A stretch of 64,000 bases of DNA from Halocafeteria seosinensis (Eukaryota). The stretch spans positions 1-64,000 of the forward strand of contig LVLI01000359.1 of NCBI GenBank assembly GCA_001687465.1, in the 5' to 3' direction. Under the pieces are notes generated by a model, which searched no databases, was not told where the DNA came from, and saw only the letters and a program-made list of their open reading frames with translations. The translations under genes were made by a program, and so were the position numbers. This document shows, piece by piece, positions 49,689 through 59,825 of this stretch. Numbering within the stretch: position 1 is the stretch's first letter; each line of letters begins with the position of its first letter.

Positions 49689-51394
49689 ATGCAACAACAG
49701 CGTCAACAACCCGCTCAAGAAGCAGAAGGGGAACAACACGAGGTGGTAAGTGCCTCAACCTTTTTTGTCTTTCCCCTTTGGCTGCAATTCAAATTGCCCC
49801 CTGCCCGATCCCCCCGAAAAATCCTTTTTGTCGATTTCTGCTACGCACGCGAGCCCTCCGCGCGCGCAATGCTTAACGGCAGCTGTATATGGAGCTCTAC
49901 CGCGCAAGAATAAATCCAGTGCCTGGAAAAAGTAGGGGGAAAATGCTGACCCCCAGTGTATGCCACTCTTGCTTCGTAGACTGGCAATTTAGCCCCAGAG
50001 AGAGGGATCACGTGGTGCTTCAACATCGCTTTTCGTGGCTTCTAAAAAGCGCATATTTCTCTCTTAACATCGTTTGATAACCCTCGAATGCAGGAAGACT
50101 CTGGCCCTATGCCCGTCGGAGAGCTTGAGAAACACGGAGTAAATGCGACTGATGTAAAGAAACTCCAAGATGCCGGGCTACACACCGTAGAATCCGTACG
50201 TGTTAACGTAAAGGAGACTTTTCTTGCAATTCAAAGAAAGCAGAGCGCCAATATATTGTATGTGCTTACAGGTAGCATATGTTACGAAAAAGACTCTCAT
50301 TGGAATAAAGGGGATATCGGAAGCCAAAGCTGATAAACTGGTTGCTGAGGCCGGAAAACTGATTGGTCTCGGATTTACTACAGTAAGTCTCTTCCTTCAG
50401 CAGACCGTGGTCCCTTCATAAATGGACTTCATCGGATGCGACTCGCGTACAGGCTGCCGAGTATTCTCGCGTTCGAGCAGAGATCATAAACATCAGTACA
50501 GGGGCGAAGGAACTGGATCAACTCTTGCAAGGTATGTTCTCACTATGGAATGTCGTGAAGGAAACATGTACTCAAATTCGGTCACAACAGGTGGGATCGA
50601 AAGCGGCTCCATGACGGAACTGTTTGGAGAATTCAGAACAGGAAAAACACAGTTATGCCATACTCTATGCGTTACTTGCCAAATGCCTGTCAACGAGGGC
50701 GGGGGCTGTGGGAAAGCCCTTTTCATTGATACAGAAAATACATTCCGCCCCCAGCGAATAACCTCAATTGCAGAACGTTACGGTCTTGATGGTACGTCGC
50801 CCTCAGTTGTAACCGCTCTCTCTAAGTTTTTCCACGAATCTCTTCTCTGCAGCCGAACAAGTTCTGGATAATATTACTTACGCTCGAGCCTACAACTCCG
50901 ATCACCAACTTACATTATTGGAGCATGCATGTGCCATGATGACCGAGCAGCGTTACGCTATACTGATAGTAGATAGTGCTACAGCACTCTTTCGAACCGA
51001 CTATAATGGTCGTGGGGAGCTCGCCGCCAGGCAGATGAAGCTGGCACAGTACGTATACGGTCACTTCCAAGACCCAATCTTTCCAGTGCGAATGCAACCG
51101 TTTGATTGTATCCACAGATTTTTAAGAACTTTACAAAGGATAGCCGATGAATTCGGTGTCGCTGTCGTCGTTACGAATCAGGTTGTTGCTAATGTGGATA
51201 ATGCGCTCTCGTTTGGTCCAGCTTTCAAACCCATTGGAGGAAATATAATGGCACATGCCGCTACTACTCGCCTTTCTCTGCGCAAAGGTAGAGGGGATAA
51301 TCGCGTATGCAAAGTGTACGACTCTCCGAACCTCCCAGAAGCGGAAGCTGTATTCAGCATCAGTGAGCAAGGCGTCTGCGATGGAACAGACTAA
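49689..51394 (+). CDS. RAD51: DNA repair recombinase RAD51 (7 exons)
   Basis: [107 protein letters not shown]; these diagnostic residues favour RAD51 over DMC1. Confidence 0.96.
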
Positions 51395-51403
51395 GAGGGG
51401 AGT

Positions 51404-52051
51404 TCACTCTCTTCCGCTCTGGTCTGTTCCTTTAGTCGGTGTGGACTCGATAGTTTCCCACTCCTCTGGAATGCCCTGTCGGCGGTATTTCTCCGCTCTA
51501 TCCGTAGTGCGCTGTGTGGCTTCTGGATCAGTATCCGTACGGGTGCTCGCAAACTTCTCGAACATGCCATACTCTGCCCCAGTTACCTGCAGGGTAACAT
51601 CATGCAGGGCTTAGATGTAAGTGCAACCTCCTTACCACATAAATAAACGAGAATTCATACATACTTTCTCTTCAATTTTGATCAGTGCCTGTCTCCCTCC
51701 CACAAGTAACTGGGCAATCACCTCAGGGTCCTGCAGTAGGACACGGGGAACTTTAGTAGCTGTGGATACGTTTCGAACACTAGTCTTCCTTGACAGTGCG
51801 TACATTCTCGTAGCGTGCCTGTTCGAACTCATGACGTGCATTTCTGGCCAATACATGACCCCATAACTCTCCATTGTGATCTTGCCAGTGGAATCGTCTA
51901 CACGCTCTCAGAATGTCCCGGTAGAGCTGCAACACTTCTCGTCTGTATAGCAATATAAAGAGATTCGTGACTACACATAGAATCGTTTTCCTACGCCTCA
52001 CCGTATAGAACACGGAACTTACTTCCTGAAATTGGGAACTGACATTTTCAT
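51404..52051 (-). CDS. Mitochondrial LYR-motif protein (Complex1_LYR family), 4 exons
   Basis: Spliced product MKMSVPNFRKREVLQLYRDILRACRRFHWQDHNGELWGHVLARNARHEFEQARYENDPEVIAQLLVGGRQAL..; LYR tripeptide and downstream EF motif. Confidence 0.82.
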
Positions 52052-52437
52052 GCGAGTGTGGAAAGCAGAGTGTACGGCACGCACGCACCACACGATTTAT
52101 TTTCGCTTTTTCCAAAGATGCGATTCATATGCATTTCTGACAGTTATGAAGATTTATTTGCATTGCAAAGTATGCAATTGTGCATCAAATATACCCATTG
52201 GGAGAAGACTCAGTTGTGAACCTACCTTATTTGTGCAACAACGCTACTTCAAGAACTTGTTCAACGCTGCAGTCTACCTTGTACACTTCGTGCAAGTGGT
52301 TGACGTACGGCAGCATATTTCAGCAGTGCCTGCATTGGAGAGACTTGTTCTCGAGTGGAGTATGATCAGGCGATAAAACTTTACGGTGTGGTGCTTCTTG
52401 TGTATGTTTGAGCTTTCAGTCTTTGTACCACATCCGG

Positions 52438-55400
52438 CTACCACTGCCCTTCCTCAATATCTGCCGGGCGTTTAACAGACGCTACAAATTCTTTATACTC
52501 TGCGAGAATTTGACGATTTTCTGCATTGTCTTCATAAGCTCTTTCTCCCAATTCCCTCAGCTCTTCAAGATTTGCTTCTGTTAATGGAGGACCACCTGCG
52601 CCGTATACGTTGGTCATCGACGAATATTCTCTGTCAAATGTAAATCGCTCAGTCACTGGATATTCCTTTTGAGGATCTTCACCATTCTCTGGAGGTCCAC
52701 AGCGCCCTCCTCCTCCAACGCATTCACGGTCGTTGGGCACCCATGGTTCATCGAAAAAAGAATCCGGTACGAGCTCCCGGACACATTGTTCGTACTCCAG
52801 AAGTAACTCTTTATGTTTCGCGAGGCAACTCTCGTATAATGATGTGTCCATTCCGCGAGCAAAGGATTGGTTTTCCATTTTATAATTCAGCTGAGGTGGC
52901 GAAAATTCGTAGTGGAGCTGCGTGTTCAAAATCAGTTCGCACTCGTTTTGTCGCTTCATGACATGATGGTGAATTTCCCGGCATGTTGTATTCAAGAAGC
53001 GGTCCCTGAAGTTACGAATGTCATCTTGTCGGTCGCCGAAAAAAGCTGAATACTGATGATGCCTATCATACCAGTCTACCTTCGTCGTAAAGTTGAACGG
53101 ATGCTGGTCAGCAATAATGTGGGCCGGGAAGGTAGAAGTTTCGTTTTGTCCGGGTTCCCATCCGAACGGACTCTCCAAATCTAACGCATTTAACACATTC
53201 AGTTGTTGGTTCTCCAGCAGCTCGCCTTCAATGATTCTTAAAATACCGGTCGTGTCGGTATTCTCTTCGTTCAACTCTGAAATAGCCACATATTTTGTTC
53301 TTCGATATAGAACTGGTCGAAGCGGTCCAATTAACAAATCCGCTACAGTTGGATGAACAGGATTATCGGCTATATTCTTGTCAACATAGTTCCGATGCCA
53401 CGGCTGGGCTTTCACTGCCGGCACACTGTTCGGGGTCCAAACCGAATTGCTCAAGTTTTGCGGATTGACAAACTTAGATAGAACGAGATTCTGACCTTGC
53501 CCAGTGATATCAGCCAATGTTTCACCATCCAATTCTTCTGCAAGCACACTTGCTCTTTCTTTAGCTGTGTATGTTAACGTCGCTCCGCTTTTATCGTTAT
53601 GGAGTGAAAACACTTCTTCTGAAGGGTCAAACGTTTCTTCCCATTCCTTCACGCGTATGTTCCAGGGTCTATCCTCCATTCTCCATCGTTGTCGGTAGAT
53701 GTCGTCCGGGTTGTCGTAACCTGCTGCGTACAGAGCCCTGTGAAAGTTTAGTGTAAAATCAATTACTCCGTGAGCATTTTTTACACTTTCCCAAACTGGT
53801 TGCATAATAGGTAATGGCATCATATATGCCTTTGTAGCGTAGTATGTCCGTGCCAGGTAAGACAACGTCTGACGACACTTCGAAAAAGCTTCAGAAAACG
53901 ATTCTCCATTAGTATGATTGCAAACGTTGTTTGGAGACACGGTATGGTTCAAAGTACTCACTACAGTGAGATCGACGGTTTCGTTGCCATCTGGTAACAA
54001 CGAATGGACAAAGGTAAATGGTCCGGAAGGCCACTTTGATTTTGCAACACCGGCGAGACGCCTTTGCTGGTAGGTATCATCCACCTGCATCCACATTACC
54101 CATTCCTTGTATAACGGATTATAGATAACTTTAGGTCTCTCTGCCCGATAAAAGAACCTTTTCATGGCTGGACAGTTAAGCCTCAGCTCTGATCCTCCAA
54201 TGTAGCGATTTGAACTATGGTTATACGTCCCATTGATCCAAAAGCGACCCTGACGGACAAAGAATTGAGTCACTATCCTCTCAAAAGATTGGTGCAAGTC
54301 ATTGCCAACCACGACTGTTGCATTTGAAACGTAATAGAGGGTATTGTTGACAAAAACGCCATCTATTGCCTCCTTGATATCTTCGGGTGAATCGAATCCC
54401 AGCATGGAATGATTCACGGTAACGAAGAAATAGCATAGATTCGGAACGTCTATGGAGTGTTTGCCATTGACCTCTTCCGCACGCTTCTGCGTCTCCTCTT
54501 GTAAAGCTGGTCGAACCACAGGGTCGACATCGTTTCCGCATAGCCTTTGCAATGTGTCGAGATACTGCTGGTGTTCCACTCCACCCGTCTCGCTTCTCAA
54601 CAATGTCTCATTCGGACAACGGATTCTACTATTTGGAAAAGCCGTCAAATTAAATACTGTGTCAAACTTCGCAGGTATAAGTACGTTAGACTTAGGGTCC
54701 CAAACTGCACCTTGCTCCGTCCGCAAAATCTCGACATCCAGTTTCTCTCCACGACTGGACTGGGACTTGTTCCAGTATGGACTCAAAGAATTCGCGTAGT
54801 CCATCCTGTACTTCTCTATGACCCCAAATGCTTCGTGTATTCCCATCGAATCTTTGTTTGGTATCGTTGAGTCACCATACACGTTGTCTGTTATGTTAAT
54901 GAAATGGAGCAGTATCCCCTCGTTTCTCCAGGTGATGAAGTCATTTGTGCTGCAGGTTGCAATTCCACCTGTTAGATAAATGGGGACACCGTTCAACTGA
55001 TCGTCAGCGAGAAAATTGTCATGTTCGCCATACCAGTACCACCTTCCAGTGTTTCCATTCCAACTGCTTCCGTAACCATCCAATATTGGGTCCTCTCCTC
55101 CAAAACGCTTATCTTTATTCAGAACGCTTCGTGTTAATTCATCATCGCGCACTCCCGGTTCTCCGACACTTGTCAAAGAGGAGTCTCCGGCTCCGGCCCG
55201 CCTCCCTGCACTAAGACCTGAGTCTATCGAAAGAGATATCGAACTCCGATGGATCTCTGCAGAAACTGTGTCTCCTGGAACGAAATGCATATCTCCCATG
55301 GAGACTTCCCCATGAGTGGAAGCGCGAGAGGAGGCGGACCGCTGTACTTGAGAGTCGTACCACTGGTGCGGTGGCCCGTCTCCAAAAATCAGACCATCTC

Positions 55401-58400
55401 TCCACGGATGAGTGAACTTTTCCAGATTGGAAAGATGGTTAGAATGCCGTGTTATGTTATCCAACTGTGATTCCACACCGTAAAGGGGGTCCGGACCAAG
55501 GTCAGTGCGTCTCCACCGAGATTGCACCGGCCGTCGAATGAAGCTACGGTCACCCTCTCGCAACGAAGGTATGGGACACTCAAAGCCCATGGTGAAGTCA
55601 GGGCCTACGTACAACTCATCAAACCACGTAGTCCCTGCATCAAACTGGAACAAGCCTAAATGCCGCAACGACACTCCGCTAAAGTGAGCACTTGAAACCA
55701 CCGTCTCATCGTCAATGCGCATATTAAAAGTTTGGTTTTCCCAAGAAATGAAAATGTCAAGTTTATACCACCGTCCCCATTCAATGGGATGGTACACAAC
55801 ACTGCTTGGGGTCGAGGAATTGATGGTTTCTCCAGGTGTCCCTCTGTAATTAGATCCAATAGACCACCTGCCATGAATGATGGCAACACCAATTAGTACT
55901 TCTCCGTCCGTTCCCAGGAAGTCTGAAACATCACTGTTATTTCCTAGAAGAGCCAAATGGAAGCCGTTGTACGAAAATACCGACCCTCTGGTCGGTTGGG
56001 CAGACTTAACAAAAACGGATACCCTGTTTGGCACGATCCTTTCAGCGACAGCCGGACGGGATGCTTTCGACAGTTTCCATGCGTTCGTCTCATATTGCAA
56101 CGTGAGCATGGGGCCATTGAATAATTTCGGCAAGGGGACCTTAACGCCACTATCCGAAGTAACTTCCTCGTCCACATCTATTCTCAGACTTCGTTGGGTA
56201 TCTGCTGCTCCCCCATTGAACGCGTCTATTGAAAAAGCCATGTTAGCTCCAGTAAATTGCTGTAACAATCCGCGTTGACCAATTTGCTCGGAATCTGTAC
56301 GGTTGACCGGCAACGGTAGTCGGTCGCTACCGTTGACACCTTCTTGTGTGATATTAGTGGAGGTGAGTCCATCTTTACCTTTCGCTCCACCCTTCACATT
56401 GATAAGGCCAAGTCTCTGCATACGTACTGTTTGTGCCACAATTCCCAAGAAACCTCCGCCTCCTCCACCTCCACCTTTCCCATCTATCCCCATCCCATCC
56501 CCTCCTGCTCCTCCAGAGGCTGTAACAGGGGCATCGAGTCTGACGGTACCTTCCGCAATCAATCGAACGGAACCACCTGCGCCTCCCCCTCCACCTCGAT
56601 ATGCGGGAGCACCATCTGCCCCGTTCGTAGAAATACTGCCGTTGACTCCAATGGTGATATCGTTTACAGCGAATAGTTCAATAACTCCTCCACCACTTCC
56701 GCCGGCCCCGGGAGGCTTGTCATCACGTAGGAAAGGGAGAATTTGTTGCGGTATTTCGGCCCCAAGGCAGCCGCCGGCACCACCTAAAAGCCTTGTGGAA
56801 TTGAACCTTGGAGAGGGTACTGACGCGTGGAAAGCGTGCCCAAAGCCGCCCCTCCCCGCATTAGTTCCTCCTGTACCGCCGTATCCAAGGAAATATTCCT
56901 CGGTCCTAGAAAATGAGTGCGGTGAGAGTCCCACTCCCAGTTCAGGTTCCTCCACAAATAAATGACCTTTCGTGACCTGAATGATAGCAGTGGAACTGTT
57001 GAACTGCAGCTCACTACCATTCAGCGGGGCAGACACGATAGCATTCGGAGTCCCCTCCGAGAAATAGGCAACGGACCATGTCTTCCAAGCCAGGGTGATA
57101 GTATATGTTATGTTATGAAAATCTGCTTGTTCGTTGTTCAAGCAGAATGAGGTAAAACACCGTAGAGGGCGTTCTGTATTGAAAGAGCTGCGAGAAACGT
57201 GTGCTGAACTCAAAGAAAACGGCTTCAGAGTCCTTTCCAGACTTTCCTCCAAAAATTGGGCTGACACTGACACTGGAAACTCTCCCACTAATTCGCTGCC
57301 TTTCTTCAGGATCCACGTGCCATCGATAATTTTGCCGTCAACTTCTGTAGAGGCCTTGACTCTTGTTCGGGGGTCAGTCAGAAAACTGTCATTTACATGG
57401 AGCTCCGGTTGGTCTCCAAGACGGGAGAGGAAAGTGACCTTCCATGTAAACCCTGTGGCGACAGATATCCCAGCTCGCGTAACGTGGAGCTTTCCGATAT
57501 AAGGATGGAGTTGCTCCAGCCTCTGCTTCATCTCGGCGGCAGTGATGTCCACTTTGAGAGGGACTGAGAGTCTGCCAAGGAAGGACACTTTGAAAGTTCC
57601 TCTGAGAGTCTGTCCACTTTCTACAATCGCGTCAATGCGTTGAATTTCTCGGACAATTTGGTCCTCTATTGAAATCGTGTACTGCTGAACGTGTAGGATA
57701 GCAGTTCCTTGTTGGTCTTCCTCCGCCGGAGCCTCCGTAATATTTCGCACTCCAGGTCTTCCCTGCAGATATTGATGACGCATTTATGGGTGAGCGAATA
57801 AAATTGTCAGCATTGTTAATGTACATACTCCCAGAGTTTCCGGAGGAATGTCAATAGGGGTGTCGATGACGGTGGAACTCAATGAGTAGAGTGCCAGAGG
57901 CATTGATCCATTAAGATCAATGCGCGTTAAAGCTCCAATGTAGAGGCTATCAAAGAGGAAAACTGCCATAGTGACGTTTTCAGCGGTTGTCCTGTGTGTT
58001 CCAACCAGCTGGATGGACTCTTGCGGATGTTGTATTGTGCTGACGTTCGCATTCCCCAAAACCTGTACCGCCAGCATCGCCTCGTCCGTGTTGATTCTGA
58101 CATGTATATTAACGTCATTTAAGAATAGCGGTCCCAGCGACTCCCCTAGCTCATGTAGCTGGAAGCTCTGGCGGGACTTCAAGGGAGGGTAGATCTCAAC
58201 GCCTGCATCAAGACTCCAGCCCATTGTTCCAGCTCTCCAATCTTCAAAGTTGAAAAATGCATTCGCAGCGAATTCCTTTCCACCTTCAAACGCTTGGACT
58301 GTGTGCTTCAGTGAAGCATCCGAAATATTGAATTCGGTATGTGCCATGTTACAGCGATGTGTGATTTTACACCGCCGGTAGTTCTCGGCATCTGGTCGGA

Positions 58401-58503
58401 TAGGCTCAGTGTATGGAAACTCGGGCTCCTCTATGATCTGTGCAAGCGCACAGTACGTACAGCACAAAAGACATGCAAGTATGCTTCGCGTCTTTAACTT
58501 CAT
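52438..58503 (-). CDS. Large secreted protein (about 2000 aa) with Gly-rich repeats, beta-sandwich regions and an interrupted GH43-like glycoside hydrolase domain
   Basis: Exons 58503-57829 and 57762-52438. Signal peptide SILACLLCCTYCALA; GH43_24-like blades RWYWYGEH, GIATCSTNDFITWRNEGILL, AERPKVIYNP..WVMWMQVDD, AGVAKSKWPSGPFTFVHSLLPDGNETVDLTV. Confidence 0.75.
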
Positions 58504-59179
58504 TGTGCTACTCTCATCATGTATGTTTTCGTCTCCTCGAACTGTTTGGCCTCGCACGTCGTTCGGGAGCGCATGGCATTGCCTCCCTACCTTATGGTCA
58601 TGACTATCACTCTTCCGCTATCATACCACTGATACCTTATTTCGCATCCCAAAGTTTCCAGGCAACGGAAGCACTAACACATGAGCCTCCTTGGTTTTGT
58701 GGCCCTTTGCTGCGTGAACTGTCTACTAGCAACACTAGCGCTTGAGGTTGAAGTTTGTGGCGGATACCGGGTCTGTTCGGGTTTATTCGGTCCGAAATCT
58801 CCGGCAGAAGACCAGGGTCCGGATCATATTCACTCTAGTAAACATCCTCGGATCGAAACCTCAGCCTGCCAAAAAAGGAAGTATTTTGTGGCTTAAACTG
58901 GTTGCGGTATCTATCAGGTAAGTTTGGTGTGTTCCTAGTTTCCGTTGCATTTTGCCCATCCGAAAAGTGTGACTCTGATAGGGGATGGGGCGACGACCCC
59001 GAAGCTTTTTGCTTCTCTTTGGCTTCCCCTGTTCGAAGCCCCTCTCGTCCCCAGGGCTCCTCTTTTTCCCATTTTTGTCTCTGGTTATCTATGTCATGCA
59101 TACCCATTGTATACCGTGCTGTTGGCACTTCGTGTGTACACAGACGTAAAGTACCACCAAAGGAACGGAAAAAGGAAAA

Positions 59180-59684
59180 ATGAGACATTTAGCAGCTTAC
59201 TTGATGCTCTACCTCGGAGGCACCGAGACTCCCACGGCCGAGGATGTCAAGAGAGTCTTGAAGAGTGTAGGAGCTGAAGCCGACGATGAATCCCTCCAGA
59301 GACTCATTACGTCCATGGAAGGACAGGTAGGTGCTTTTCAACCCCGACTCGAAGCAAGCGATGTGGTGGTGTAAACTTCACGTCAAATTTCTGAGTACAG
59401 GATGTAGAGAAGCTCGTACAAAAAGGATCTAAGAAATTGGTCTCTGTTGGAGGAGGCGGTGGCGCTGCCGCTGGTGGAGCTGCTGCTGGAGGTGCTGCTG
59501 CTGCTGGCGGTGCCGCCGGTGGTGCTGCAGAAGAGGAGGAAGAATCAGAATCCTCTGACGCTGGTGGTGCTGGTGGTCTCTTCGACGAGGACAGTGATGA
59601 TGACTTCGTAAGTTTGTCGTGGAGTCAAGAAATTTGTATATTCCTTCGTTATATGGCTATTGTTATGTGCAAACAACGCAGTAA
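59180..59684 (+). CDS. RPLP2: 60S acidic ribosomal protein P2
   Basis: MRHLAAYLMLYLGG..PTAEDVKRVLKSVGAEADDE..MEGQ|DVEKLVQKGSKKLVSV, Ala/Gly hinge, acidic tail. Introns 59327-59400 and 59608-59681 (predicted stop TAA 59682-59684); probable 5' UTR intron 58918-59143. Confidence 0.93.
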
Positions 59685-59825
59685 GTTACGGTGTATAATC
59701 GAAATAACGAGGGAATTCAGCTTAACTGTTGCCGCCGTCCTTTGGTGAACACAATAAGACACTTTTTCGAACGAGTATATGCTTGGCACTACCTTAAGTT
59801 GATTCATGGCACGTTTTCGTAAGAT

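Noticed and set aside
49689..51394. DMC1 assignment
   Set aside because: [17 protein letters not shown] and GGNIMAH are RAD51-type rather than DMC1-type.
56303..56965. 220-aa Pro-rich + strand ORF and the many other antisense ORFs in the track
   Set aside because: Shadows of real genes on the opposite strand (here Gly-rich GGx codons read as Pro).
59020..59045. GTTCGAA as a tRNA T-loop
   Set aside because: Flanks do not form a T-stem or cloverleaf; no tRNA or rRNA was found in the window.
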